DNA of 63,902 bases, filler included, from Phoronis australis (lineage: Eukaryota; Animalia; Phoronida): the NCBI GenBank assembly GCA_002633005.1. It is 7 parts of 7 records of this genome, joined end to end, with 100 filler letters (N's around TTAATTAATTAA, not from the genome) between each part and the next. Parts side by side here need not be neighbours in the genome. Positions count along the whole stretch, not along the records: positions 24,041 to 37,229 come from NMRA01001601.1; positions 37,330 to 41,423 come from NMRA01002702.1; 5 more parts are not named here. One strand, written 5' to 3'. The translations under genes were made by a program, and so were the position numbers. The notes beneath the pieces are model-generated. The model searched no databases and was not told where the DNA came from. It saw only the letters and a list, made by a program, of their open reading frames with translations. This document shows positions 24,041 to 37,413 of the stretch, piece by piece; the first letter of the stretch is position 1; every line of letters starts with the position of its first letter.

Positions 24041-25720
24041 TTATCGCCCAATAACTTTACTTAACACCCTGTCCAAAATCTTCGAGAAGATCATTGCTCA
24101 AAGTATTCTTACATTTCTCAAACAAAACAACTTGATCTATCATCGTCAATTTGTTTTTTTTGCGTAGGAACAGCACCGTGGCACAACTTGTTGAAATAGT
24201 ACACGAGATTCATTTACATTTTGAGAAGGGCGAGAGTGTCAGGTCCATTTTTCTAGATATAGCTTCTGCTTTCGACTGTGTCCCTCTCGCCCTTCTACTT
24301 CACAAACTTCGATCCTATGGCATTACCGGTAATCTTTTAAACATGATCACCTCAAGTCTCTCCGAAACAACATACAGTGTTCGTGTCGACGGCGTACTTT
24401 CAACTTTATCCCCTCCTGGATTTGTAAACGCAGGTGTACCACAGGTAGTGTATTGGGCCCTCTTCTCTTCTTGGTTTATATTAATGACCTTCCTGATAAC
24501 CTGTCATGTAGCACATACCTTTATGCAGATGACACGGCGCTTTTTTACCCCTTCGCAGGGAGCAGCCCTGAATGTCCTTTGCAGATTCAACACAACTTAA
24601 ATATACTCAGCTATTGGTCACAAGAATGGAGAATGAATTTTAAACCAGAAAAAAGCGTTGACCTCACCTTCTCCAAATCTATTAATGCTCTCTTCCTTGT
24701 TGACCCGTCTTATGACCTTAAACTTAATGATTAAATCATTCCTAGACAACACTCGCACAGACCGTCTGGGTATACTGTTTGATGAAAAACTCTCATTCAC
24801 CCCTCACGTTCGGGAGCTCGTACAAAAATCTCATGAACTAATTAACCCACTTAAGCTTGTCTCGTCATCTGAATTCTACACATTTAGAACTTTTGTTCAA
24901 ATCCTTTATACTTCTACACATTGATTATTGTGATGTTATATATCAGTCTGCCAATACGGGTGCACTCCAACATTTGGAGAAGTTACAATATCAAGCCGCC
25001 TTACTCATAACCGGAGCTTACAGGGAATCCAATAGTGTTAAGGTTTTGAATAGTCTCAAGTGGCCCAAACTGTCTACTCGACGCAATCTTCACATGACCA
25101 CATTTACTTTCAAGGTAATAAACAATGTCAACAATGTGTCTGTCAAAAAATATTTGATCTATATACTAGACAAGGCCATCGTAGTGATTTTAGATCCTCC
25201 ACCCCATGTGCAATTCCTCCGTCGTTCAGTCATGCATTCAGAAGGTCTACAGTCATGATGTGCATCAACAACTGGAATTCTCTTCTAGTCTCTGTTAAGG
25301 AAAGCAACTTTTTTACGAGTATAACAAATAAATTTAGAACTGTTTTTCATAATTTTGATAACTCAACACCTTGACTCAATTCTCCCTTGCCCGCGATAAC
25401 GAAATAACATTGTACAGATCAAGATGTGGCCTTTTCCTCAACTCTGACAAGTTCGGCACAACTTTAGTAATGTGTCTCCAAACTGTAAATGTGGTGACCA
25501 TCAATCTTATCCTCATATTTTCTTCAAATGTCCCCTCATCGGATACCAGAGAGACTCACTCTTTCGTGCACTCAATGAAAACCAAAAATTGTTAACGCTC
25601 TCAATTCCTGTAATAATACCGTTTCAAGGGGATTTATCCTAGCAATGTACATTTCAGACCGGACATTTTGCCTAACATGACAATGTCAAAGTATTGTGAA
25701 CGACATTAGCACATTTGATT
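24041..25720 (+). mobile_element. CR1/L2-type LINE ORF2 (RT and C-terminus), frameshifted
   Basis: YRPITLLNTLSKIFEK, IFLDIASAFD, GVPQ../LGPLLFLVYINDL, YADDT and downstream CKCG..H..FKCP motifs. Confidence 0.92.
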
Positions 25721-26539
25721 CGACTAGTTTCTGAAACTTTTTAAAAGTCCTTGAGTTGACAATCGCTACCTGTTTAGATATTTCAAGAGGGCACCATTTT
25801 AATTATAGTGTGTTCTGTCGAGTGACTACATTGTGAGCAACATCGAACCTTCTTTTATATCATTGCATACCACCACCCTGAATTCAATATCGCAAAAACG
25901 AAATGATACATGTAGAAGAAATTGGCTTCAATTGAAAGTGTCTGACCTCCACGGACTTGGATGTGACGAAAGAACGTATCCAGCACGTTTGTGGCATGTC
26001 CACCAAAAAGCGAGCTTTTTCTTTAATGCCGTACCATGTATGCGCTTCTCCCGTGTCCCGAAAGTGAATAGAGCCACAGCTTGATCAGTTACTGAGTTGT
26101 CACAACCACCACACACGCAGTGCCATTGTTCAACACATGCCGGCCATAATACACTTGAAAACGAGCAGCAGTATCGCAGGACTTATCATGCTAAACACAG
26201 TGCCGGATGAATAATGAAGTAATTGGTTGTATCTATTCTGCGTGATATGTATCGACCCAAATATCCTAATTCTTCGAGATCTGCGAGTTGAAAGGAAAAC
26301 TAAACTTGATTTTGGCACAACAGGTACTAAAATAGCTTGCCAATCCCTGATTGAGAAACAAAATAATTCTCTGTAGTGATCGCCAACCCGCAAGGGTTTA
26401 GAAATAAATTTGAGAACTCAGTACTGACAACTTCGGCAAGCTTGACTGAGGCTTTAGACGACTTACTTATGAGAAAAACATCCATAGGAACCGCAATATT
26501 TCGTCTAGGAAACGGGGAGTATAATACTCTTACTACTCA

Positions 26540-26750
26540 TGTGGGACGCCAAGGATACATTCGCAGGTGATAGAACGAGAATTGGTTGAAATCAAAACAG
26601 GGATAGTTTTTGCGGGTGATAAAATTGGACTGCTGATGCGGATGTTTTGGTATTTTGATACAATTCTAGATTTTAAGCACTTCAATGAGGTCAAGAAATA
26701 TCAGATGTTGTGCTAAAATGTAAATACTAAGAATTAAGCCAAAAAGCCGT
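26540..26750 (+). mobile_element. Highly decayed LINE RT fragment
   Basis: VGRQG.. and GDKIGLL/ADVLVF resemble the RT QG and YADD regions. Confidence 0.35.
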
Positions 26751-27771
26751 AGGAAGCATTATACATTGTACCTGGGAGTCAAACATAGTACACTCATACA
26801 CATACATGTACTCACATGCAATCTATATAAAGATACAAACATACATGTACCTATATATTCGGTATAATTGTGTAAATACAGGCATTTAACGCCGCATAAT
26901 GCGGGAATGTAGACGTTGGTGCCTATACATTTTCCTGATGGAGTAAAGTCGAATTTCGCATGTACGGCATCCGAATTTTGCCTTAAAGGCTAATGCCACC
27001 CGATTTAATTAGTCTTTTTTACCGTCTTNCCACATCCCCAGCTCCGCGAATTTCGGGCCGCCTACAAACATACAAACATACAATCACGCTTTGCCCGATT
27101 CCCCGATACAACATGTTGCCCCCCCTTACGGCATCCTAGATTCGCCACTGTATTGTCATTGAATAGTTCAATGTTCATAAACTTTCATAATTCATCAACT
27201 GAGAATTCTTAAAAATTTGTTGCCTGCACGAAATAAAACTTTTCTAATTATTTAAAATCACGAGTAATCTGATCGCTTTAAAAACGGTGCGAGTGCGCTT
27301 GACATGTACTATGTAACGTCAAAGAACAAAAAGGCCAAAGCACATGTCAGCAAAGCATTGCCAAAAATATCATGGGCGGCGCACCATAGCGGATTGGGGG
27401 CTATAACCCCACTTTTTTGCGCCCAAAATTATTTTGACTACGTTTAAGACAGAGAACAATTTGTGCATTTAAAAAATATTTCTCACTTAAGCCTTCAAAC
27501 TTGTAACTCAGAATAAGATTTAGGTAAAAAGATAATCATACAGCAAAAGTCATACAAATAAATAAAGTATTTATAATCTTTTGATCTTTCAACCAACGTC
27601 CAACAGTGAATCTTATCAAACGAACGAAAGTACTTCTCAGGGTACACACGTGGGTTTGTGGTCTTTTGACGGATAAATTGTGTTGGCGGTATGTTTGATG
27701 CATTTGCACGTGCTAGTAAGTGCTTTTGAGCTTACAAATGTAACCGGGCCACTCGGTTATTTGTTGTCAAC

Positions 27772-29340
27772 ATGAAACCTGTAGTTGAAAGCTTTTAGAA
27801 GAGTTGCGAAACGGTAGAAGATTACGGTTCCTCGTCAACAAGTTTTGCATCTGACGTAGGATTGAAGGTGGTGAAACGTGATATCAATGACAGTGATGAA
27901 AACAGGGGAGAAAGTACCAGCCAGCAAATCTCGATTTGAATCATGACAAACCGCACCAACCCAAAATTTTTTGTTTTCCGAAAACTTTGTATTGTAGACA
28001 AAGTAGAAAATTCCAAATTTGGTGGTTCAAAACATCCCCATCCCACTATGAGGAGAAAACTGACGGTGCGATATGCTTTATTTGGTGAGAGTAGTACCAA
28101 ATGGGAAATCTCAGATCTGCACATAGCCTTGGTAAAGGTTTTATAGAATTGCCTGGATTCAGTAATTGGAAGAAAACTACACAAATTATGAAAGAGCATA
28201 AGCAGTCTCAGTGCCACCTTTTGGCTTCTGAGCATAAACTTTGTATTCAAAAATCATGAGCCATAGCGTTATTAACCAACGCCAATTCTGACAAACTCCG
28301 TATAGAAAATCGTGAGTGTCTGATAAAAATTGCTGAAACATTGCAATTTATGTCAAGACAAGGCAGGTGCGCACCCGGGGTGCTCGAGGGCTCGAGCTTG
28401 GGCAAAAGGGTTCGCCTTAGAGAAACAAAAAGTCCGAGAAACGAGACAAAAGTTCACGGGAATCCGGCGCGAGTGCAAATTTCATAGGTCTGAACGTAGT
28501 ACCCTTTTTCCTTTTTTGTCCCCGTGTGTGTACCGTTTTTTTTTTAGTAAACGTCCACTGAAAAATTCGGACCTCCTATATTTTAGGCTGGGTATGCGCA
28601 TGCAAGGTATTACAGAAAGAGGGAAATCCGATGAACTAAGAATTGAATTTCTACTACTGACGCAAGAAAGAGTATCATAATTTGCAGAAATGGATTGACA
28701 GAAGAAAGGGTGATCAGTATCTCTGCCACGACGTTGAAAATGAGATTATTGACTTGATGGTGTCACTTGTTATACGGGATTTGGAGGCAGACATTGGGGA
28801 TGGGTTTTTCTGCAGCGAATGTACCGACATTAGCAACAGCTTTCCATGTGCATTCATTCGGTGGACAATTAACTTGAATGTCATGAAGATTTTGTAAGAT
28901 GCAGATATTGCTGCTGGAACAATATCGCATGCGTTTTAAATGTAGATTGCCAGCACTTAAACTATCACTGACCAAATGCCAAGGACAATACCACGATGGT
29001 GCGAGTACGACGTTAGGGAAGAACAGAGGTGTCGCGAAGACTATACAACAGGAGCGGCCGAAAGCATTCCCTACTCATCATCATAGCCACTTGCTCAGTT
29101 TAGGCGTTAAAGATGTAAGAAAATGTTGTCTAACACAAAAATCAGAGGGAATAATTAAAGAAATCCTGACTTCAGTCAAATATTCTGCGAAATATGAACT
29201 ACTACTTGGGGAAATTAACGACAACGTCGAGGATGACGAGGACAGTCTCTCACCAACTGGACTTTTGAAACTCTGTCCAACGAGATGGACAATTAAAGCC
29301 TTATGCTACAAACGCGTGTTGGACAATTATCCGGCCTCTT
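27772..29340 (+). mobile_element. hAT transposase pseudogene (ZMYM1/THAP12-like group), 3'-truncated
   Basis: KPHQPKIFCFPKT..FQIWWF (TTF zinc-finger-like), GFSNWKK, RQGI..RG, YLCHDVENEII, ECTDISN, GQYHDGAS, HSHLLSL and LCPTRWT. Multiple frameshifts. Confidence 0.88.
28364..28602. mobile_element. MITE inserted in the hAT transposase with a perfect 5-bp TSD (CAAGG)
   Basis: Ends are CAGGTGCGCACCCGG and CTGGGTATGCGCATG. Removing the MITE and one TSD restores SRQGITERG. Confidence 0.8.
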
Positions 29341-29402
29341 ACTATGTAACCACCTGCTACAATTAATGTCGATGGAGTGTTTCTTGGTGTCTTTGCATCT
29401 CG

Positions 29403-29507
29403 TGGTTCTACAGACTACTCAAGTGGAAAAACTTTAACATCACTTTGTCACATGTTACACCTGATGATAAAGGCCGGTACCGTGGGTGCTACCAGCGGCA
29501 CAATTAA
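29403..29507 (+). pseudogene. Possible immunoglobulin-domain exon fragment
   Basis: NFNITLSHVTPDDKGRYRGC resembles the Ig E-F strand motif (L-x-I-x-x-V-x-x-x-D-x-G-x-Y-x-C) and is followed by GTAAGT. Disrupted. Confidence 0.35.
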
Positions 29508-29647
29508 GTAAGTTTTCAGATAGCCTGCTTGTTGTGGACTGTAATGTTTTCACTGATTCATCAAGTATGAAACGCATTGAAGTCGAATGAGCCGCTACAC
29601 ATGTTTCAACGAACATTTCAAATCATTAATGATTTTCTGCAACTTAG

Positions 29648-29706
29648 TATATATATATATATATATACATATGTATATGTATATGTATATACAGTGTACA
29701 TGTATA
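29648..29706. repeat. (TA)n/(TATGTA)n microsatellite
   Basis: Directly visible. Confidence 0.9.
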
Positions 29707-30645
29707 GCGGAGATGCATCGCTTTTAGTGCAATTATGACTGCAGTACGAGGTCCATATTTATTTTCTATTATCGTATGGACTTCAATGCATAATAAATAT
29801 TAATTGTATCGTTTGGTAACCTACTTGATAATTTGCCATATGAAGTGTTGAATGAAGTATATTGAGCCTTACATCGGTGGGTACTTTGGTAGTATGTGTA
29901 TTGCCTTGGAAAACCCGTTACACTCAGTGACGATGTCGTATGTTTACATGTACGTGTAGATGTTTGCTTTGACACGAGTCTTAAAACATCAAGTCGGGAA
30001 ATAAGGCGTCTTTATGTTATTTACTTTGAAGTTGGCCATTTGTGCCTGCCGACTTAGTCAGAATATGTCTTTAAGTAACTGCTGATAGTTGATTTAATAA
30101 AGTGTGAATGGTTTTCGAGAGCTGGAAAGCATCCTAAAAATACACTACGCAGTGTATATTCAATAGACATCTTGGCCGTTTCATGGGGGCATACAAGGCA
30201 GGTTTACTGGACTGCAGGCAGGAATTCCATCTCTTGCTGGTCAGTTTTCAACCCGCTACTGCTGATAACCCCAGTTTCTTTCACCACAACCCGCCCCAAT
30301 TGGCTCCCAATTTCCGATACCATCAGGCACGGACGCTGGGGGTCCAGTGCCCGGTTCCATGAAACAGTCCCATATAGCGACTCCACTATGTTCCCTAAAT
30401 CTACTGCGTATTTGTGGGTTTTCTACGTTGAATTCTCAATATCATTGAAAATAAGTAGGGATCTTTTCATGCAACGCCCCTATTTAGAGTTCTACGTCCC
30501 TAAATATTTTGACAGCTTAAGGGCTCAGTTTTTAGTATGTTATTAGAAAACGTCACCATAAGTCAATAGAGGATCTCGTAAAAAAATAACAACTGTGAGT
30601 GAAGAACGAAACGAATACGAAAAAAAATTAGGCAACTCAGTTCAG

Positions 30646-30803
30646 CACAGGCGGATCCAGATGGGCAAAGGGATCCGGACCCCCATTTTCGCTTGATTTT
30701 AGTGATGTCAAATCTAGAATTTTAAAACTGTTCACTTGGACCATCCTTCTTAAAAAATCTTCAATCCGACCCACCTTTTTAAAAAATCCTGCACCTGCCC
30801 CTG
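30646..30803. mobile_element. MITE, same family as 18063-18217
   Basis: Ends are CACAGGCGGATCCAG and CTGCACCTGCCCCTG, flanks are TTCAG/TTGAG, and the core CTTGATTTTAGTGATrTCAAA is shared. Confidence 0.75.
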
Positions 30804-33199
30804 TTGAGTCGCTATTTGTTTCATGTAATTGGGCACAGACCTCCCTGGTTGAATGTAGAATGTCGTAAGGTGTGAATTTTAGAAAAAAAAACATCTGGAC
30901 CCGTGTTCGGATGGCGTAAGAGGGAAGTTTTTGGACTTTGGCGTAGGAAACATTTGATGGTTGGGGAAGGAGAATCTTAATTTTTCAATTTTATTTCAAA
31001 ACAAATATGTGTGTTGAAAGTTTTAATAATTGATTTTTAGTTAGTTGACATTAACACCTGGAATATTGGAGGACAAGCTATCTCTGCCCCCAACTTTTTG
31101 GTTGAGGGGCGCCCAACTCCCCGTTTTTGCTGCTACCTCTTCTTCAACAGATGTATCTTTTATGTTTTTACTTCCCTGATCCCCTGGACAATATCCTACA
31201 AGTTCTGTACCTACCTAACCTCCAATCACCTACTTTCACCTGTTCATCTCTGATTACAGAGTAACCCTCTTGCTTATGATGTATTTCTTGTAGTATATAT
31301 TACCTTTGCTGCCCAAATTGTTTTTCTTGATTTACTCTATGTCTTGCCTATGTGTATTTTTGCATTACACTGCTCGCATTTTTTGTTCTCAATATTTCAA
31401 ACAATGACACTTCACAATTTTGAATATGACAAACTAAAATACCGGTAGGCCATGGTAGTCGTCGCCTCGCGTACTTCGTTGGCGCAAACACACACGCTAG
31501 GTGTCGTCACTGTCCATGACAAAACAATTGCGGCGGCCAAAATGAATTGTCTTCTTAACGTCTTTGCACTTAGTGCATGTAACGCCGTACGGAAAACGCC
31601 GGAACATTGATTATTGTATCGAATGATCGTGACTTTGAGCGTGCAGGCCAGAGATATCTAAGAATAGTTGTCTATGGTCACGACGCATTTAAATAACTAA
31701 ATGACGTTTGTCAGTTGTTTAATTTGAATTTAAAGCAACTCAAAATACTGTCAACTCAGTTGTTCCTTGTTCCATTCCGAGCACATCCCGAATTTTTTCA
31801 AACTTCTCCACAACATTTTTGGTTGGAAATAGTAGCTGACTGATCTCCAATCGAAAACCCAAACATAGATTCCTTCCAAGAATTACTCATAGGATTTAAT
31901 CATACAATAAAACAATGCTGAATTTCACCAAAGTCAATATGACACATTTTTAGGGTCTTAAAATCAGCATGTTGACCTCGGTGATAATCAGTAACTGTAT
32001 AATATAGGTCATTAATGATTTCATTTCACTTCCTGTGCGTTGTTTTGCACGTGATCTTTACTGAAATTTAGCCATTAGGCCTATATTGATTTCAAGAATA
32101 CTCGGTACCTAATACGTTTTTGATGTATATGGCGTAAATAGGAATTACTACAAAAATGTAACACTCACTCGTGGAAACAAATGTTTCCGCATTGGCTCGA
32201 CTTTAAATGCTAGGCCGATGATGGGATGTTTCGGCTAAGACATAACTTTCTATAACGAAATAAACTTGTAATGTGTTTTCCACTCAAGTTACTGGAGACT
32301 ATTTTAGATGTACGTGCACGTGCGCGCGAGCTCCTCTTGATAGTCTTTGCCTTGTCAAGATTTTACCCTAAAAAATATGATCGCATCAAATATCAATCAG
32401 ACGGGGGCATTAGAGTTTTGTAGTCATGTGTACAACGTGTATGTCCTATCAGTACGTACCACACGAGCTTCCGATAAATAATCATTGCCTTAATAATCGA
32501 AATCAATTTCAACAAGTAAAGCATATGTACTAAAATATAAGACTTGAAGTCAATGTCGTGGTACTAAAACATTTGTCTAAAAGTTGTGTTAATTTTTTTC
32601 ACTACCCCGTAGTTGTCTTCCTGAAAGAAACGTTTTAAGAAAGCCTATTACCTCAAAAAGTCAATATTTGTGCAGTTGTTTCTACAAAAGTTTTGAAAGA
32701 AATACAAGTAAAAGCCTAATGTTTATGCATTAAAAACCAAACGCTTCGATAATACGCCCTCACGAATCAAAGATCCACGTGTAAGCGATACATGTACGTG
32801 TAACGGCTACAGTACGTGTATATCTTTTCCTTTCTTGAATGTCTTGGATATATTCATTTTCACACAGAACTTTGTTAGCAAACGGGAATGAGAGTACAAA
32901 ACAAAATGTTTATGCACAAGGAATGAGAGATAACGGGAGGACTAATGATTTTAGGGTGGCTGTGAATTGCTTGGGTCTTGTATGTATGGTGTCAAGAAAC
33001 GTCAGTTCACCGAAATGTACGGAAGAGTGGTGCAGTGGGATTCCTAACCGAAGATAGCTGAGCCCTATCTCCTCGTCACGACACAGTGATATTTCGTTTA
33101 GGGCTTCAAATCTTTCATATATATAAATCATCGCGCATGTTTAAAACGCCCTTTCCAGTGCCGGATGATCAAATGCATTTAGTTTGGAGAAATCTTCAT

Positions 33200-33440
33200 C
33201 TAAGCTCCGTTTCTTCGACGTTTCGAAGCACGATTCTTCCCCTGCGTAGTCCTTGAACTGATCGCTTGCTCCACAATGTAAAACTGCCTTACCCATGTCC
33301 GACTCCCGAACGTGTGCCATTTCTGGGCGATCTTGGGTCTTTTGGCAACAACAAAACTGAAATGTTGTCTACTTCGATTAGTGTTGCTGCTGTCACTCCG
33401 GCAGTACTTTACAAAACAACAAATACATGTAGATGGCGCT
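33200..33440 (-). mobile_element. THAP-domain relic related to that at ~17090-17280
   Basis: PKIAQKWHTFGSRTWV..IVEQAISS parallels TKVAQKWHGFVRRTRVW..IVDQAIRS. Confidence 0.6.
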
Positions 33441-34048
33441 ACATGCTGCAATTCCAGTCTCCGACACACGGCTCAATCGTGATGTGCACAAAAAGGATCG
33501 TTTGTGCAATAACCTCATGTCGCACTGCGAAACGGAATGGACCAGTGAGATGCCCAAAGTTTCAGACATTGTTGAATCATATTGGGACATCTGCTGAGAA
33601 CTGCATGGCTGTGTTCAGAGGCCTCTTGATTAAAGTGGAAATTAGTGCACGCTTACGCAATCTCTGTGATGGTTGCTTGGCCAAATGTGCTAGAAACACA
33701 ACATACAGCAAGGATGTGAATATGAAGTACATTGAAAATTGCCAAATGTTTATAGAACGAGTTTTGAGTTGACAATTATCCGCCGTAAATAACTCAAGCG
33801 TCACGGTGTCCAGTAATCGTGACGTCACATATATGTGTTCGGGGAATATACACTGCATGATGCCAGCTGTGTGCATGAGCCTCCAAGTGAGGCATTAGTG
33901 CAAAGGACACCTATTTGCGGAGTTCTTTGTTTTCACATTTACAAGTTGTCAATGAATACTGCTGCACTTTGTTTAGCGTATACGATGTTCAAGCAGCATT
34001 GTCATTTGGTTCACTACATTAGTATAGTTACAGGAGCATGCAAATACA

Positions 34049-35704
34049 TTTTTATGCGCCCACATATTTATATGTGGACGCATTATGCCCGGCGTCATCT
34101 CCGTCCGTAGGGCGTCCGTCCATCCGGCGTCCGCTGCTCTCGCTCCAAAACGCCTTGACGTATGTTCATGAAATTTTGCACATGTGTTCCTTCCGTAGAT
34201 GGCACGGCATGGGCGAACTTTCGGACGGATTCGACTACCGGTGTGCCCCCTAGTGACAATTTTAGGTTTTTACGTTTACCTCTGTATCTTCAAAATTCCT
34301 GAACGGATTTTCATAAAATTTGGTATATAGGCACCTATTAGTGAGATGATGCTATCCTGCTGTTTTCAGATGGATTTGACGTGGTTTGCGCCACCTCGTG
34401 GCCATTTTTACTGTTTGCGAGTTTTTTGCGTCCACCCCTCTATCAACCAAACCACTTAAAGCGGGATGATTGTGTTTTTTAGCGCCTATGGCTGTATCCC
34501 CTAAACTGTTCGCAAGATCTAACTAAATTTAGTACATGTAAGTGTACTTATATGATGTTAACAACGTAGGACGACAATTTTCAGACGGATCTGACTATTG
34601 GTGTGCCACCTAGTGGCAATGTTATTTTTTACGTTTACCTCTGTATGTTCAAAGGTCCTCAACGTATTTTCATAAAATTTGACATATAGGCATCTGTTAA
34701 TGAGGTGACGCTGTCTCTCCGTTTTCAGAAGGATTCAACCTAGTTTGCGCCACCTTGTGGCCATTTTTACTGCTTTTTTGGCGTCCACTCATCTATCAAC
34801 CAAACGGCTTTCAGGATATTTGTGAAAATTTGCATGCATGTTTTTACTATGAAGTGGATGGCTGACGACGATTTTCCGACTAGTTCGACTACTGTGGCGC
34901 CTCCTAGTGGCAGTTTTGGCTCTTTTGCCCTCATGACTGTATCCATTAAACCGTTTGCAGGATGTTTACTTAATTTAGCGAGTGTAGTTATATGATTTTG
35001 ACAATGGACGACGACGACTTTCGGACGGATCTGACTTCTGGTGTTCCCCCTAGTGGCATTTTTAGCTTTTTACATTTACCATCTTCAAAGGTCCTCAACA
35101 GATTTTCATAAAATTTTGACTAGGGATATAGGCGGCATCTATTGACGAGATGACGCTATCATCATGTTTTTGGATGGAATCGAGGTATTTTGCACCACCC
35201 GGTGGCCATTTTTGCTGTTTTCAAATCTTGTGTTTGGCGTCCACCCCTCGATCAACCAAATCATTCTGGGAATGGTTTTGAAAATTGACGTACATGTTTT
35301 CAGTGTGAAGATGACGTTTGATGATGGTGACTGACTACTGTGGCGCCTCCTAGTGGTAGTTTTGATTTGTTGTGCGCCCGTAGCTGTATCTCCAAAACCC
35401 ACCGCAGGATCTTTATTAAATTTAGTAAGTGAATTTATATGAAGGTAACAGACAACGACTTTCAAGCGGATGGAACGGACGCTGTGCCCACAAGTGGCAA
35501 TTTCATTTTGTTCTGTTTTCCTTTGTTTCTCTGAAGTGCCTTGACAGATTTTTATGAAATATGGTATGTTCCCATTTTTGAATGTATTGTACGTTTTTGC
35601 ACCATCTAGTGGCCATAATTTTTATGATACAAATAAATAACTCTAAAGCACACCATTTGCGATACATTCGTGGGCGCATTTTAACGCTCCGCGTTGCTCT
35701 CGTT
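34049..35704 (+). mobile_element. Helentron-associated non-autonomous element (HINE/DINE-1-like) with internal ~147-bp tandem repeats
   Basis: 5' TTTTTATGCGCCCAC subTIR with inverted partner GTGGACGCAT, a (GTCC)-type microsatellite, an internal array, a 3' subTIR GTGGGCGCAT and a terminal hairpin AACGC-TCC-GCGTT before TT. Confidence 0.8.
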
Positions 35705-35999
35705 AAAGGCGAACATCTACTAGTTATCGCAGCCAGCCTCCGCGAGTAAATGCTCCAATCGATTCATGCCGGCCATTAATGAGAACAAAAAGTTTTGTTT
35801 CAACGTGTCCAGACTTAGGACATCATGTGACACGGAGCGGGCGGGTGTTCAAATTGTCGTTGATGATCTGTTCTCACTTGTTATAAGCATGCTCAATGCC
35901 TCTGTCTCACTGGTTCACCCTTCTTGAGGTAGATAGTTAAATATCGTCTTCGGTCGCATAGGTTTTGTTACTACTCCGTGTTTAGTTATAAGTTGTCCC

Positions 36000-36481
36000 G
36001 CCGTATAGCGCTGTTCTAGTAGTCGTCCGGAACATGTGTGTGGTCGAAATCGGTGTGCAGTTTTGAAAGTTACGCCATGTGCATGTACAAGTTCTCGTAT
36101 TAACTACGTACATGTATATGTAACAGAATATGTCCAGTACTGTGGTGGTAAAATTAGAAGTAGACTTAACTGGCGCCCAAAGCCCACCGTATGACCTTGA
36201 GCACTGAATTTTAAAGTGCATTGAACTCGCAAAATCTGACTNGCCGTATAGCGCTGTTCTAGTAGTCGTCCGGAACATGTGTGTGGTCGAAATCGGTGTG
36301 CAGTTTTGAAAGTTACGCCATGTGCATGTACAAGTTCTCGTATTAACTACGTACATGTATATGTAACAGAATATGTCCAGTACTGTGGTGGTAAAATTAG
36401 AAGTAGACTTAACTGGCGCCCAAAGCCCACCGTATGACCTTGAGCACTGAATTTTAAAGTGCATTGAACTCGCAAAATCTG
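36000..36481. repeat. Exact ~241-bp direct duplication across a single N (36242)
   Basis: 36000-36241 repeats at 36243-36484; likely an unmerged contig overlap. Confidence 0.9.
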
Positions 36482-36539
36482 ACTCACAAACTTGTAAGCC
36501 TGTTTTTAGATTCACGAGTGGACATTTACTTCGAGTCCG

Positions 36540-36990
36540 CAGTGGCGAATCTAGGATGTCGCAGAAAGGGGCGCAACCGCACATATACATGTAGGAAGGC
36601 AAAGGTCCGCGTGCATTCCAAGCGGTCTCTGAAGAGGTTGCCCAAACACAATTATAAAGGAAAATAGGTGCGCAACGTCCAGAAACGACATGCTGGTGAC
36701 CCTTTTAGTCGCCCGTGAAGTGTATCCTCGGAGCCCTTTGATCGTCTGTTATCATCCGATTCATTTCGCTGAATCCTCGTTCACATTCAGCTGTACTGTA
36801 GAGGTCCAGTTGTTGCAGAGCACTTGGTACTCTGTAAATTCTAACCGCATCCTCCATTTCTACGAGATCGCGTATTCCGTTGATTGCCGGTGTGGCAACC
36901 AGCCCAAACCGATTGCAGAATACGCCTGATTTTCTGGTGACCATGTCTTATCTCGGATCCCATCGGCCACGTCTTGGGTCCAAGATGCCC
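36540..36990 (-). mobile_element. 3' end of a hAT element: dimerization-domain relic plus TIR
   Basis: STAECERGFSEMNRMITD matches the hATC motif. The terminus CAGTGGCGAATCTAGGATG at 36540 is also seen inverted at ~27132-27150. Confidence 0.75.
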
Positions 36991-37329
36991 AGAACAAGAA
37001 CAAAATGAATGCTCATCATTAAGTCAACTCTGATCCAAGTTCACAGTACTTTGAATAAATTGTCCAGGACGTATGGTCACTCGCGCGCCGGAATATTCGT
37101 CAACAATGCTGTCGTCTGCGTAACAGTGCAGCGTAAGCTATCGTATCAAGACTATAGACCGGCAGCCCAGAGCACTTAGCATAGATGAACGAGGTACCAA
37201 CATCTGACCACGGGAGCATTTAAAGTCCANNNNNNNNNNNNNNNNNNNNNNNNNNNNNNNNNNNNNNNNNNNNTTAATTAATTAANNNNNNNNNNNNNNN
37301 NNNNNNNNNNNNNNNNNNNNNNNNNNNNN

Positions 37330-37413
37330 TAGAGTTCACCTATGGAGGCTGTCGTGGTAACGACAACCGGTTTGATACATTTGAGCAGTGCCAGGCTGCT
37401 TGCCCTATTACAG
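37330..37413 (+). CDS. Kunitz/BPTI domain exon, 5' part lost in the gap
   Basis: [24 protein letters not shown] followed by G|GTAAGT (phase 1). Confidence 0.9.

Noticed and set aside
30172-30546. 124-aa ORF in a GC-richer patch
   Set aside because: No motif was recognised in any frame, so no call can be supported.
27132-36558. A single 9.4-kb element bounded by CAGTGGCGAATCTAGGATG repeats
   Set aside because: The two termini face outward, so they belong to separate insertions.
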